64,000 nt of DNA, taken from positions 108,624,001-108,688,000 of the forward strand of contig NC_042999.1 in assembly GCF_006345805.1 (NCBI RefSeq), in the 5' to 3' direction. A model generated the notes under the pieces. It was not told the origin of the DNA and did no database searches. It saw only the letters and a program-made list of their open reading frames with translations. Positions 38,420-54,037 of the stretch are shown here, one piece after another. Within the stretch, counting starts at the first letter, position 1. Each line of letters opens with the position of its first letter. The translations under genes were made by a program, and so were the position numbers. The DNA is from Octopus sinensis. Its lineage: Eukaryota.

Positions 38420-38830
38420 GTTTAAAAAGTTTGCTTTGTAACCATATGGCTTTAAATTCAGTCACACAGTTTGGCACCTTAACTGAATGTCTTCTACTAT
38501 AACCTGACACTAACCCAAACCTTGTGAGTGGGTTTGGTGGATGGAAATTCAAAGAAGCCCATCACATGTGTGTGTGTGTATATCTTTTTGTCTTGAGATC
38601 ACATTCTGTGAGCAAATCTTACTATCCTGCAAGTAATGTCATTCATTTACAACCTTCTATGAAATCATGTCCAGCCACTGTGCTATTCTTTTTCAAAAGA
38701 ATAGGGGGAATATTTACTTGCTTGGAGATAGATATGGGTTGGTGCTTTAAAGCATCTTGTCATAGAAAATCTGCCTTGACAAATTTTGATTGACCCATGT
38801 ATGCATGGGAAATAAGACACTGAAATGATG
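38420..38830 (+). mobile_element. Decayed SINE-1-type head joined to an RTE-like tip
   Basis: ggcacctt...gtcttctactata...ccttgtgagtgggtttgg...aaagaagccc; end cccatgtatgcatggga...gatg. Confidence 0.55.
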
Positions 38831-40384
38831 ACACACACACACACACACAGAGAATATGTGTAGACTACAGCTCTTTATTTAGGGTTGTATTCTTCTCTGA
38901 TAACATCTCTATTTTCTTCTATAGTATAAAGTGATTCTTTAAAGATTCTCTGACAATGAAACAATCATGTACTAAAATGGATCTTATCATTGTACATATG
39001 TTGTTATCACATGAAATGAATAAAGATAACCCCTAAATATTCTCCCTCTCCCTTCCCTCCACATCCATTCCTTACTCCATTATTACATTCTGATATATTC
39101 TCGATTTGTTATGGTAAATGAAAAATGCATTTCATTACCAGGAAATATCAACCTCATACACACTTGCATTTCCAGCAAATAATTGTATTACCAAGAAAAA
39201 TCAATATAGCATTTTCTTATATACATACAAAGGATTTATAGATTAATTCAGACAAGTTTAGTTTACCTTGAAGCTGAAATTGTATCAGCAGATAAAACTC
39301 TGCTACGTTATGTAAAATGATATAGTTTCAGGGGAGTTTTAGATTAATAAATTAAACTTCTTCCCTGTAATAATTCCCCATAAAGAAATGCATTTACATA
39401 TTTCTATCATTGGTAAAATTTTCAGCTACATCAATCTTCTCATTGATATTATATTTTATTCTTTTGTATCCTTTTCAGCTACAAAACTGGTTACGTTTTA
39501 TAAATCTAATTTTGCAATATCAGCTTAACATCTGATTTTTCCATACTCCATACCAGTATGTTAATCAATAGTAAATATACATGTGTATATACTCTTCACC
39601 TCTTTCTTTATCACACATACACATATGACACACAGCATGAATTAGTCTTATCAGTAAGCATACTGTAACCAAAGAATCCATATCTTCATTGGTTTCTTTT
39701 GATTGACGGGATAAAATGTTTGCATGCAGCTAATATGATTGGTATTATGTTTGGTTCTTAGATTGTATAGTTGAATCTGAAATCATGCTTAAGGATTATT
39801 CATAGTCTTCAAGAGAAGTATAATGGTGCAATTCTTGTTGTATAGTCAGAAATGTATACTCAAAACAGTTTTTCTCAACCACTCTGGATTCTCAGACTGC
39901 ATTGGTACAGGAATCATAAGTCCACCAGCTAGTTCACCAAACCTTGTTATATAATTTATAATCTTCTAAAATTTATTCACAGAACCACTGCTCATTAGTA
40001 TGTTGATTTTACGAATATTATTTCTGTTTCTGCAAAGGAAGCTATATTGAATTTTAAACTTTCTTATTACATTAGTTTATGAATTTTTTTACCGTTATTT
40101 TGAGTGATTATATATTTATTTTTATTTAGTTTTGCAATTTTTAACTTCTGCTATTGCATGACAACTTTTTTCTATCCATATGAATTTCTGATCAAGCCAA
40201 AGCTTGCTCAACCTTCTAGAAATAAGAAAAAAGAGCTAAACTCCCTCAAATCCCAACTTACTATTTTAAGAAAGGAAGGAAATATTACATAATGTAGTAC
40301 TAACATAAATAACACTTGGAAACAAAAAAGAAATGGAGATAGCTTGATCAGGACTCACAAGGTGTATTATCAAGAAAAAACTAT

Positions 40385-40600
40385 TATTGGTTAGCCCTAA
40401 GTCAGCCCTGCTCAAGCAGACCAACAATCAAGATGTTCCATTCATGACTATCTCATATTTTATTCAGTCAGTATAGATTCAGGAAGGACTGATGTGTTAT
40501 ATAATCTGTCCTTCATTTTTGAAGATGGTGAAATGTGTTTTTAGGGAGATCTAGCTGCTATTTGTAGCTATTCAAACCTCTATGTAAAGCCTCCTTTCTT
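40385..40600 (-). mobile_element. Decayed short interspersed repeat (family 4)
   Basis: The reverse complement matches plus-strand pieces at ~59960-60035 and ~62220-62340 (atagcagc..aaatc; tgatcagggttgacctagggcta). Confidence 0.45.
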
Positions 40601-43600
40601 TGGTGAATGATATTTCTTAACCTTAAAAGAATATCCTGTTTTATTCTCCCAAGTCCTTTCTCAATACTATGGAATACTGTACACACAGTGTAGGAAAACA
40701 TTGTAAATAAACGCTAAAATGTCATATAAAAATAATACATTGCCATCATTACCAAGCATGTAATTATAGTTGAATACTCCTAATAAACAAGGTTTTAATA
40801 AGTACACAAGCAGCATTTCATGTGAATTAAATCAGTCAATGACCCCAGCCACACCCAGTAGCTCAACATCTTTTAACTAATCAATTTCAAACATTATTCT
40901 CAATTCATTTTGTTCTAACCCTATCCACCCAATTTGCTGTTAACCTTCAGATTACCCAGTTAATTTCTTCCTTAGAAAAATAAAAACTCATCTAATCCTG
41001 AAGATGGTCATAAGGATGGAACTACCTTCACTCCTAAATTAGGCATTCCTTTCACTTCTACATTGAAACTAATATTTTTCAAAGTCATGAAAAAAAAAAT
41101 CTAAAAATAATTAATCTATTAACGGATTCTACAGAGTGTATTCAAACAACTTAGTACACAGCTGCACTCACAATTACACACACTTGTACAGACATCCATA
41201 TAGTTTCTCAGTGCTGGGTTGGACAAATATTACAGTTGTATTTTTTTAATGACTGGGTGTTCTTTCCAGTAGCAGCCACATTGACAGTGTGTTTTCCAAG
41301 CTGCCCTGTGGTATATCAGTTCTATTTCTGATAACTGCTCTCATAAAAGTGCTGTCCTCCTCACACCATGAAGAGATACATCAATCTCTTATGAAGTTGA
41401 TTAAAGAAACACCAACTGAGATTACTGTTGGTAAGAAAGCATTAAATAGGCTGACTGAAAGAAAAATGTTTTAAAATAGAGCAGTGTAAAAATAGATGAA
41501 AGCAAAATGAATAGAGATAAAGGACATTAAAAGACAGAATATGACAAGAAGGAGTGCATAATACTGTAAAGAAATATACTATAACGGAAGTTATATTGTT
41601 AGCTGTATTGATAAGTATTAAGAAAGCTAACCAGATATGTAAGAAAAGAGAGGACTGTTTGGTATTTGTGACATGTTAGGGTTACAGGATTAGAAATAAA
41701 ATATGGAGTAGAGCAATAGCCATTAAAGGAAGTAACGGCAATTAAATAACATATACAGAAATAATTCTATCAAACAGAGACAGGACCATTTCTGAAGTGG
41801 GAAATGCAGTCCCTTTAATTCGCCCCATTATATTAAGGATATTTACTTTATTGACTTCAGATAAAAGATACTTGAATACAATTGAGGTTAGAATTTAGAA
41901 ATTTGAATCACCAAAGAGAATTTTATTATGTATAATCTCCAACTGCTTCCAGTTTCCACCACCTCTTAAACATATATGTGTATCTGTGTGTCTTTCATTC
42001 TTCATTAAGGATGTATGGAAACCATTTGCTTCTGGATTATTTCATCATCTGGTTAGATGCCAAAACATCTCATTACCAACTATACTTGACACTACTCTGT
42101 TTCTGATGACAGAATAGAAAAACCACCATTTGGTCATGTTCAAATGTTTATATAGTTAAAATTACCCAACTAGGTTGTTGAAGACACTTTACAGACATTT
42201 CATAGACACATGCACATAAACACACACACACACACACAGAGACACTAATGCTCACTCACTCACACTCACACACTCCATTTGTTTAGATCAGGTGTTTTGC
42301 AGCTGGATGTCCTCTGCACCAACCACTTCACAGTGAATTATGAACAGGGTGTATTTATAGGGACACTAGCTATGAAGAATATAGGTTACTGTAGACAGTA
42401 GGATGATGAAGATTTGTATTCCTCATCATCTTGAAAGTTTCAGTATGAAGTTTCTCAGATTACATAAATATAAGCAATTTGTTTGTCCTCAATTTCTGCT
42501 TTTTATTGTTTTAGTTATTATCTAGAACTAAATCATCTAAACTTTTACATAAATAGTATCTTATTTTGAAACTAATTTGTTTTTTTATGCTCCTGATTAG
42601 GAATAAAGAAAAGAAAGAATCTGACACATTGTGTGTTTATTTGTAGTTTTCAAAAAAGCTAACGAAGAACTTATCAGATTAATAAATAGAATTTCTGTGC
42701 AGTATACTGATATTTTTAAAGCATTCAGTAAATTAGCATAAATAATGGCCTATATAGGTTATGAAATGCAATATGATCAAAACTATTTTACATCTTCAAA
42801 GTTAAAAAAATAGATATTGTATAGAATATTAAATTGTTAAGCTGCAAACCTAGATATCTTCTAAGAATATTTCAATACTACTTTTAACCATAACTTTTGT
42901 TGCTTTTTCATTTTCTCATCTGTTAAATCTTTAAAATCATTTTTTCTCATTTGCTTTGTTTGATGTTGAAAGAACTAAATAGTATCTTCTGTGATTAGAA
43001 GTCTTTGTCTTTGTATTCAGAAAAGACTATTACTGTTTAGCAGTGGAACTAAATGCTAATGAAATTCTAACATGATCAACAACTATCATTTTCTTAACCT
43101 TACCAGATCAAGTATGTCAGTTTATAAGCCTAATGTCTTGTGGTAAAAGATGACAGCATCAGTGGTTTGTCTCATTCACTGAAGAATATTTTGCCCCTTA
43201 CACTTTTTCCATTCAGATGATTTGGTAAAGTCCACTTTCAAATTTCTCTTTGATGTAAGCATCATATTTTTTCAATCCAGTTATAAATCAGGTCAAACAA
43301 TTTAGCATTGACCAATTTATTTCTATCATCAAGAGTTAATTATCTAAGTAAATACCATGTTTCATAAAGTAAGCTATTTTGCTAATGGCGTTATATTGTA
43401 AACAGAAGCTCTTGAAGGTGATATAAATATTAGTAATTTAACTTATTTGTATGTCAGTGGAGTAGACTATATTCTTTTGGAGATAGCACATCTTTAGTGC
43501 ACCAAAGTTCTCTTTTGAAATACTTGTACAATGAGCCCTTGATACCGATAGTATGATTTTTTTTTTACATAATTGTTTATTAGGATCAAGCTCTATGGCA

Positions 43601-45024
43601 TACAACTGAAGCTCACATTTATGTTGTGTCTGTCGAACAACTAGAAAAGTTTTGTTGCTTTTTTAAGTGTTTATCACATATATCAAGGAAGATGATTTAA
43701 TTCCATATAAGATAATTTGCATAAAAACTGAGTATAAACTAACTTTTCCAGCTGTCATGCATAAATATATAATTGAATGAATAATTTTGAGCATTTGTTA
43801 AAATTTAAGATAGATAATTGTAAATAAATAGATATATAAACTTATTTAACAATAGTGACATATGGCTAAGGACATATTTTAATATACAATACTTAATATA
43901 TTAAGCAAAAACCCAATGTAGTAGTTATTGCTTAGTGCCTTGTTTACAATAAAGTAATGAAATATAGATTAATGATAAAAAATACAAAATTTTAATTGAA
44001 ACAGATAGTGATATTTTGAATGTGTACAGTTATTGCCAGGAGTTTGCTAGTGATAAAATGTTGTTTTCAAGGCTACATGCAGAGCCTCAAGTAGTGAAGA
44101 TCAGGACTGCATTAGGCTGAGTGTTTTCATGATCAAAAGATAAAGTAATAAAATCATGAACTTATGAAAACAATATATAAAACTGGTTTAAGTATAAAGT
44201 AAATGGAAAAGCTATGATTTATATATAAGTTCAACAAATAACTGGTTTTATATAATAGTTTGGCAACAACATTATGTCATATAAGAAGGCAATACCTTGA
44301 TGTCCTTGGATATATGCTGATCTTCTACAATCAACTATTTTAGTTACATCTACATAGTTTAAGATTTTCACTACCTCTTTTGTTTAACATTTGTTCAATA
44401 ATTATCTCTTGCTCTTGGATTGCAGCATAAGCCTTAACCATTAACACGAAGCAATGATGGCATGTTAACTCTTTTGATAACAACCTACATAAAACTGCCC
44501 CTTGTTCTATATTAGCAATTTCTTGTTTAAAGGTGATCTAAATTAAAATCTTTAATAAAATTTTATGTTAATTTATTTTCCAAACAGCCGCTAATAATGA
44601 CAAATACTTCATAATTAACGAATGCTTCAATATGCTCGAAATTAATTGAAACAATGTATTTCAATGAAAATAGAATAGCAAGGCAAAGCAAAAAGGTAAC
44701 TGTTGGACTTGTTGTTAAGGTTCCAAGAAACACATTGATGCATAAAATGTTGGTATGCACAATGTTCCTTATCTTTTTTCTTATTTCGGTCTTTGTTAAG
44801 ACACATCTGTCTTGTACTCCCAGGAATCTCATGGTATTGAATGCTTCTTGAATAGCTTATTCTCAGTATTAGAGCTGTTACTTATCTCACATTTGGAGAT
44901 TTCACTGATCTATTTGCATTTGTTGCTATCTTGAGAGATATCCAAAAATACTTAAGTCTGTTTAGATTAAATCTGTGCCTAATATGGGTGTTTCCTATGG
45001 TGTTGTACATATGTTTAGATTATT

Positions 45025-45170
45025 TTATTTTTACTGCTTTCAGTCATTGAACTGCTGTCTTGGTGGGTACAGCCTTCAGATGCTTTTAGTCAAACATGGT
45101 TGTCTTAATACTAAATCCAGTGGGACTTATTCTATCTGTCTGTTTTTGATCAATTGGTTGACTTTCCATT
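45025..45170 (-). mobile_element. Decayed SINE-1 tail
   Basis: tttcagtcattg...tttagtcaaac...acttattctatc. Confidence 0.45.
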
Positions 45171-46114
45171 TTAATACAATGCTACTGTTTTCTGTTAATC
45201 AGCTGTCTTGTGTTTAAACATAAACACACTCAAGTATGCAAATACATATGTGCATACAAGAACACACACTCAATTCCTGGATATCATCTCTTCCTTATGT
45301 CTAAGAGGTAGATGATAGGTGATCCTGGCAGTTTGCCCAATACAGTAATATCACTAGCTTTAAGTTATTCATTGAATTTTGCAGAATGACAGTATACCTT
45401 TTGGATTATTTTGAAATTGTAAATGATTACATAAGTAGGAAACATCTGAAGAATATGCAGCTTAGGTTTTTTGAGTTCATGATTGTACCTTAAAGTACAA
45501 CCTTTGAAATAAATACAAGCTCTTCTCTTCACAAAAGAAGATCTTTTATGTAATATAATGGATGGGCATTGCTAGTGTATACTTGAGATTGTACTTTGAG
45601 TTTGGATAATGAACAGAAAGAGCATCAGTTGCAAATTGCTTAATGTGTGTTTTGTCAATGAACATGACTTTGAACTAGTTCTGCTTATCCAGTTGGAGAT
45701 GAACCTGAATGTTTTTCAGTGATAGTCTTGCCTTTTGTTATACAACTTGACTAAAGACATTTTGTAATGTTATCTTATTGTGTTAGTGCTCCATTTTAAC
45801 ATTGCTGGTAATTATACTTGTGAAATACTATTATATGTAAATGAAGATGCAACACGAAGATAAATCATGCAATCAGTTTGAATAATTGTAGCTCAAGGTC
45901 TGCTTCTTCCGCTAAAAGATTTGTGTCTTCCTGATGAAATTCAAATAAGGCATTTTAAATATTGTTCCTTTAACAAATACATTTCACTGCATTGATATCT
46001 CAGTAATTGTTGCCATGTAAAACAACAATTTGGGCCCGTTTATTTTCAATAGTACTTCCATATAAATATTTTTATAACTTACAATGTCCTAAATGTAAGG
46101 GAAGGGATGTAACC

Positions 46115-46620
46115 TCAAGTTAAGGTATTGAACTCACAACTATAATGTCATGGGTCTAATTCCTGAACCAGGCAGCACATTGTGTCCTTGGGCATGGCAC
46201 TTCATTTCATGTTGCTCCAGTCTACAGAGCTGAAAATAAATACCAACTTAGTGCTGGTGCAGCACTCTCTCACAACATTCTTAGCATTCAACTGGGTCAT
46301 GGATGGGAGGGGCAAGAGAGTGTATATATCTACTCACAATTATATAGGCACCTAAAACAATTTGTAAAAGTATGCTACAAGTTTGCTATACCAGGACTCA
46401 TGCTCAGAAGAAGCATCAAAACTTGTGCTCTGGGACCCACAACATGATACCAGAAATCATGGGAGACATCATATGCCATTTGTCAATAACCTGAAAGAGG
46501 ACACAGGATTGGATTCTATCAACAAACTGATGGTGACAATGATAGATTGAGATGCTTAATGAAATGGCCTTTTCTTTGAAGACTAAGTGGAGTTTGGCCA
46601 AAGTGAAGTAAAAGTAGGAT
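46115..46620 (+). mobile_element. SINE family-2-like element
   Basis: tgtgtccttgggcatggcacttcatttcatgttgctccagtc (CORE-like). Confidence 0.6.
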
Positions 46621-46955
46621 ACAAGTTTAACAGGTTATACTTACTTAATTATTCATCAGAAATGCCAAACAGGAAATGAAATTATGAAATATGAATTTAT
46701 GATTATATCATTCATATTATCGACATATGTGATATAAATTAATTAATATTGTCACTTGCAAATAACAATTAATTATTTTTTATATCAAAATATATTTATA
46801 AAAATACTAAATTTCATTTAATAATTTGTGCTTTTCACCAGGACAGTATACATGCATATATATGTGTATATATATATATATGTGTATATATATATATATA
46901 TATAAATGATTGAAACAAATAAAAGAATATATGTATTTATATATATAGTGTCATA

Positions 46956-47103
46956 GTTTCTGTCTACCAAATCCACTCACAAGGCTTTGGTCAGCCCAAG
47001 GCTATAGTAGAAGACATTTGCCCAAGGTGCCACGCAGTGGGACTGAATCCATAACCATGTGGTTGGTAAGCAATCCACTTACCACACAGCCACTCCTATG
47101 CCT
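46956..47103 (-). mobile_element. SINE family-1 head
   Basis: Reverse complement of 53830-53970. Confidence 0.85.
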
Positions 47104-50100
47104 GTTTATTTTTTTACATACAATAATGTTTAAAAAAATTTTAAATATATATTTGTCTGTTCTATTTAGTTGTAAGATGTTTACAATATTTTCTGTAATT
47201 ATATTGAATTATATTACTGCTTGTCATGTTCAAGTACTCGTGTATATATTTCCAGTGTTGCATTAAGTAAACAATGTTAGCCCATACTATGAGTTCAGTT
47301 AGACAATGAGTTAAACCAGACACCTTTTTCCTTTTTTTGTATGATTTAACAAGGGCTTACTCTGTGTGTGTGTGTGAATTTCATTGGAACTGTGTCAGTG
47401 ATTAGGATACAGTGGTGCAAGGAAAATGCATCTTGAGAGATCTAAAGCGAATTTAAGTCTTTGTATGTATTTTGATAGCTAAACTGGCTCTTTCACAATA
47501 TAATTGACCATGCACACACACACAACATATGTAGCATTTAAAAATTTGACTGTCAAAAGTCATAATTTGGTATAGCAATATCAAATTGAAAAAAATTTAG
47601 TTTCGTTTGAGTAAAGCTTGCAAATTGACATATCTTCTCTTTTAATCACTATCTGCCCTTTTATTGATCCTTAGCCACAGCTGGTGTGTTTAATTTGTTG
47701 TATGTGATCCGGTTCCCATTTCTCATTTACGCTGATGTGATGTGATAAATTTATTCCTAATGACTCTGGAGGAATGAAAAGCAATTGTAATAATCTTCAA
47801 ATTCATCTCACTAATAGGCTATTACTTGCTTGTGATTAAGCTATTAACTCTTAATTTCATATGACATGATATTTTGTTGGTGTTCACTTTATTTTTATAT
47901 TAATGTTATGTTCTATATTAATTTTTTGTTAATTCTGTTCTACTCAGAAAATGCAGATCTTCTAGCCTGTGGCAATTTTATAAAGTATAGTTTAAAAAAT
48001 AATTTATTTGGCTTAAGGTTTTAAATATTACTTCAATTTGGCTGAAAGACATGCAGAAATTATTCATTTTCTGTAGTCAGTCTATATCTGATACCAGCTT
48101 TTATTTCCTTTATGGCAATAATATCAAGTGCATGGTTCTTTTTCCTTGATTCTCAAGATTAAACTGTCTTAATCAGAATTACTAATGGCAAGACAGTTAA
48201 CTTTTACCAACTGTCATCATGTACTATATAATTCTTTGAGATAATTTACTTCGAATTTCTGTTGAACCTATCGTATGGCTTAATTCGAATTTCAAGGAAG
48301 TATTTATTCACATGGACTGAGTAGAAAGTTGTTATTTGTATCTAGCTTTATAGAGCTAAGAAATAATTGATTGGCAGTGTTGCTTATTCAACATTTGCCA
48401 ATCAATAATTTCCATTACCAATAACCATGTTGTAGCTAATTATCATTCTAGAACTACACAAGGGGAGCAATGGGAGTGTAATGGACATTTAAATTAAGTT
48501 TCAAACCTGTTGGGTCATAAGGTAACCTTTTAAAGATTTTTGCCTTTATGTAAAACTAGGCTATGTCAAGTAAATGTAACCTCCTTGAATTAATTTCTCT
48601 TCAAGCTACACTCATGTCACGAGAAGAGATGAACTTAGCTCTACAACCTAACCAAATACTCATCAGTTAGTTATTAAGTACACTGTTCCTTATGTTGTCA
48701 AACATGGTATTTATTGATGTGCAGTGAGCCATTGATAGTTCAGCATCACAGCTATAGGCAGAGTGCAATATTGGTGACAAAATACAAATCATTGACTCCT
48801 TGAAACCATAGGCTAACATCCTCTCAATTTATGTGTTGCCACAATTCAGAACATTAGCTTTAAAAAGAAGCTTAAAATATTCTTAATACATACATACTTT
48901 TTCATATACACGTGAAGGAAAGCTACAACTCCATTCATACTAAAAGTGATACCATACTGTGTTTTTTTTTATCAAACTAACTCAAGGGAATATTATGCTA
49001 TAACAATAAAAAACAATTATATTTTTTTTTTTTTTTACTGCTACTGAAAAATATTTCTTTTAGATTATAAGCATTATGGTATCAATATTAGCCAAAAAAA
49101 AAAAAAGAAAATCAATTAAATAGATTTAAGTCACTGAGAAAGTCTCTGTACAGTCACTCTACCTGCTAGAGTTAGCAGGCAAATTTCCCTTAAATTTCCT
49201 ATTGTATTGAAGAGTTAATAAGGCCAGGATTTGAATATGTTAATCATGATTGACTTAGTTAAACAGTTAAATGAGATTGAAATAAACAACTATTAATTGC
49301 TTCTTTATTTTTATTTATTTTCACAAATAAAGAAAATTTGAATATTTAAATCATAACTTATAATTTACAATATTTATGTTTGTGAACCCCCTATTTTTAC
49401 CTACATGTTACCAATCAAGCAATTTAATTTACTATGTCATATCTACAGTTTATTGATTTTATTTCTGATGTAAATGCTTAAAGCTGAATATAGATGTAAT
49501 CCAGTGAATAATATTTGTATTAATTTTGTATTGTACTTAATTTTCAATTTATTCTATTCCATTTTATAGTAACTCTCTAAATAATATTTCCAATGCATTG
49601 ACTCCACTGTCAAGTTTTAGAAACACTACTTATTGCCTGTAGAATTACAGCTTTACCTTTACAAGGATTAAAAGTGACTTAAATCTATTGTAATTTTTGT
49701 TGCCCTTATTAATCTTTTTACAATGAATTGCCAGACTTTTAGATTTTTATATCCCTCTTTTCATCACACCTTAGTCATTACAATGAATGTTATTTTGTTC
49801 CTGTCAGTAATCTCTTAATTCTTTTTATCCATCTGTCAAACTTTAAATGTTTCTTCATTTCCTTTCTTTTTTCTATTACCCTATATATTTTAGCCTTGCT
49901 CTAGTTTCCATAATAATAATAATAATGATAATAATAACTCATGAGCTTATTGCAATCAGTGCTCAGGTGCACTACATCTCATGGGGAAACAGGTAAAAGA
50001 AAAGACAGAAAGTGGCAATAAATAAATAAAGACAGTAATGATAGCCAAAAGTACATGCATAGAACACAGGATAAAACAAAAAATAGAAGTAAAAAAAAAA

Positions 50101-50399
50101 AGAAAGAGAGAGAGAAAAACATGAATAGTTAAAGAGCCATACAGTTCATAGGCACATCAGGAGTAGTGTTAGCAAATTTCAAGAAGCATGGTATTTATGA
50201 AGGTTGCAGTGTCTTTATGCTAATAACCAACACAGGTAGTTTATTCAATAATTCTGAACATAAAAAAGTGTTTTTGAAACACGTAGCTACTGCATTGTTT
50301 TGTATGTTTGTTTTTGTTTTTTGTTTTTTTGTTTTTCTACAGGTGATAGAGATAGATATTGAATTAACAAAGGTGGCCAAAGTTGTTGGAAAGATGGTG

Positions 50400-51025
50400 G
50401 ATATTTTTTGGCTTTTACCAAGTCACCTGCTAGATATTAAAACTTTAGTGTGCTGGTACCCAGAGAACTAAGATGTTTAAGATATAGTGACAGATGAAGG
50501 GTATTTGTCTGGTTGTATGCCTTTGGGTAACTTCTGGTTAACTGATATTCTGAAAAAGATGTAAGGTCCAGGACAAAGATGCAAACTGTATGGCTGTACC
50601 GTAGCCATGTATGGTTTTAAATAGCCAGTGAGCAGCTAGCAAAGATCTTACTGAGTAATGCTAAAACACCTTCAAACTTTTGGGCTATGTTAGAAATGCT
50701 ATTCATCAAATCCAGATCATTATTGACAGCAATGCCTAGGTCATGTTCTCATCAGCAGGTTTCTTGATGTTGCAGTAGTTGCTAAATTCCAGGTTTTACC
50801 TCCCAGAATGTATATAGTGGTGCACTTAGCTACAGCCATTGCTGTTTTGTGTCCAGGTGAAATTGCCAGAATATTTATAGCATATAGGATCCATTCTTTT
50901 TATCTTGAAGTACAGCTTATTGTTGTCTGTAAAATGATTCAACTTGGAATTTATTTCATAAATATATGCAAAAAACAATATAGGACCAAAAACAAATTTC
51001 TGCTGGACTCCAGTTGTCACATAGT
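50400..51025 (-). pseudogene. Decayed CR1/L2-group LINE RT fragment
   Basis: VTTGVQQKFVFGPILF (GVPQGSVLGP motif) and LGIAVNNDL (DLGV motif). Confidence 0.7.
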
Positions 51026-51991
51026 GTGATAAATGTCCTATTCAATTCAACATCCTACTGCTCCCTGACACAGTCACTAATTGCTTCTCTCTCTCTCTCT
51101 TTCTCTTTCTCTTTGTTTTTTACAAATGTAGATGAGTTAGAAAACATGTTTATGGCAATCATTTAATTTCAGTTATTTTAAAATATTAAAATAATAGTAT
51201 TAAGAAGACTCCTGAAATATGTTTTATAGTGTTCAACAATAGCTAACAATGTTTTACAATATTCAATGTAATGTTTTACATCATTTAACAATGTCAAGAA
51301 CTGCGTTACAAGCGAATGAAAAATCTTCTGTGTAGTCACTCGTCATGTAAGAAATAGCAGAATACTCACAAATCACACTCTACAGACTTAAACAAAAATA
51401 GCATCATAAAGTAAGTTGTAGTACCTTACAGCATACTTCTGATCTTTCAAGATTTACGTTGACTTAAACAACAACAACATTACTATTGCATTACCATTTC
51501 TATTTTATTGTGGAAAGTTTGCGGATTCTACCTTAAATGTTTACAGAGTAAATAAAATAATCTTCCTAGTTCATCCCAAGTTCACCAAACTCCACTATAA
51601 AATACAAGCAGACCTCTAGTTTAGACTGTACTAGGGTTATAAATATTCTGTATTTTAAGTGTGGACTCTGGAGAGACACAACAAAGATCAGCAAAGATAG
51701 TGTATGTGTGTCTGTGTGCGTGCATACATGTGCATGTTTGTGAGTGTGTGCACATGTATTTGTGGATAAATATTAACAATCTGCAGTAAGTTAGAAGCAG
51801 TGGCATAACCAACTGTGGCTGGGTTGAAACAGGTGAAGTTTGTTGGCTCTGTATTTTCAAATTCCTCTGAAATTAAAATTCCCTTACTTAAAAGGCAGGT
51901 AAGAGTTAGAAACTATCAAGCTATAAGAATCCTGTCTCAAGCACTCTCTCATCTAATCATTGTTAGCATTGAAAGTACAAATGAATATATA

Positions 51992-53184
51992 TCAGGGTCA
52001 GCTGAAAAGTTCATAGGCTGACCAAGATACTCTCATGAGGTTTATTTATCAACATAGTCCCCCTTGCAATCCACACACTTTTTCCATCAGTGTTGTAGTG
52101 CTTCGCTCACAGGATGAAGAAGCTTTCATCCTGTTGGTAAAAAAACCCATCAACAGCAGATATGACATCATCATCACTGCGATACTAGTTCTCAGCCAAG
52201 AGTTTTTCATGTTGGGGAATAGATGATAGTCAAATCAGGAAAATAGGTCAGGTAATCAACCAAAACCACAGTCACTGAAACCAAGGATGTGTGTGCTAGA
52301 GCACTTTCCTGATGAAACAAGACCCCTTTCATCACTTTTTCTGAGCATTTGGTCTTGATAGCCTTTCATAAGTACCTATACATCATTGATGGTGTGGCCC
52401 TTTTGAAGATAGTCAATAAATATAATGCCTTTTGAATCCCAAAAAACTAAGTCCATCACCTTTTCTGCATTGACCTTGACCTTCTCTGGAGCAGGTGAAG
52501 TAGAGTAGTTCCTCTGCATGGATTATCTCTTTGTCTTTGTTTCAAATTGATGAATGCAGCATTCATCTTGGCTTAGGAAACATTCATGGAAACCAGATGG
52601 ATCTGCTGGAAACAATGTCAGATTTTCCTATGATATAATCAACTTGGTGTGCTTTTGATCAAGTGTCAGAAGACATGGAACCCACCTAGCAGAAACGTTC
52701 ATCATGCCAAGTTCATTGTGCAGAATATTCTCAACTTTCTCAAGGAATATGCTTATAGCATTGGCTATTTGTTTTATAGTCAATCACCTGTCATCCATCA
52801 GCATGTAGTGAACACGATCATTATTTTCCTTGGTGGTGGCAGTTGCAGGACCTCCAGACCTTGGGTCATCTTCAAGACTCTCTTTTCCCTTCTTAAATTC
52901 AGTTGATAAAGCTGGGGCATCATCCCCTAAGATAGCAACCATGTCAGCATGAATGCCATTTCTTGTAGGTATTTCATAACACTGCTATGCCAAATTTTGT
53001 TCATTTTCATGAGGTTACTACTAGTTATTTTTGAAGTCTACTTTGAACAGTCAGATGTCAGATTACCTGGAAAGGAAAAAATGCAGCTATTAATAAAAAA
53101 TAGTTGAAATTACTGCATGCAAGATTTTGCAGCTCTAGCACAACTCCTTCAAAATCAGCCTACAAACTTTTCAATCCACCCTGG
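51992..53184 (-). mobile_element. Near-full-length decayed mariner transposon (second lineage)
   Basis: Imperfect ~30-bp TIRs (cagggtcagctgaaaagttcataggctga / tcagcctacaaacttttcaatccaccctgg) with a TA TSD. The minus strand gives QDE, VFWDSKGIIFIDYL, GVLFHQ, PYFPDL/DYHLFPNMK and WKKCVDCKGDYVDK, with stops and frameshifts. Confidence 0.88.
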
Positions 53185-53829
53185 TATAGAAATGAGTGTG
53201 TGAATTGATATATATAACTTATTGCTTTTCCATGTGCTAAAATACAGCATCCAGTTATTCTTCAAATTGAAACCTACTGTCTTTAAAAGAAAGAATAGGA
53301 TGTAAAGTTATGTAGACATATAGTTATGCATCTGAATTAAGTACATGGAGAGAGAAACATTTGAAAAACTTTTGATTCCTGTCTGCTTGATTAGAAATGA
53401 GCTACACCAAACTAATAACAAAATGCACTATTCCATTTTTGTCGTTTTCATTTGGAGACTACAGAAGATATAATGAAAAGCCATACATATTCCTTAACTT
53501 TTAAATTGAAGTAGTGGTTTCGTTAATTGTTTTTACACTATTAACCTAATTGTCATAATGATTTAGCCACTTGTCTGCTGCATCATATCCTAGAAATGTT
53601 GTACAATTTTAAGCAAAGGAACCAAGTCAACATTTCTTGAAAGTGAATATAATTTGAAATGGTTTAAGTTTCATTGCATACATCATCACACTTTGCTAAT
53701 TCTTTACACACTTACCTGATATAATTCTAATTATTTGACATTGGAGTTTCTGTTTTTCTCTATTATTCTTAAACTGCCTCCTCCTTTAAAGACTTCTTCA
53801 TCTTTATTCTTCTATTAGTAGGCGTAAGA

Positions 53830-53985
53830 ATGGCTATGTGGTAAGTAGCTTGCTTACCAACCACATGGTTCCAGGTTCAGTCCCACTGCGTGGCACCTTA
53901 GGCATCTTCTACTATAGCCTCGGGCCAACCAAAGCCTTGTGAGTGGATTTGGTAGATGGAAACTGAAAGAAGCCCATTGTATATA

Positions 53986-54037
<52 letters not shown>

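Noticed and set aside
40995-41030. CUGAAGA-UGGUC-AUAAG-GAUG-GAAC
   Set aside because: The core is broken and there is no stem III or I; at most a very old remnant.
50340-50471. Acceptor after a poly-pyrimidine tract plus an ORF
   Set aside because: It overlaps the antisense of a decayed LINE, and the tract is a simple T-rich repeat.
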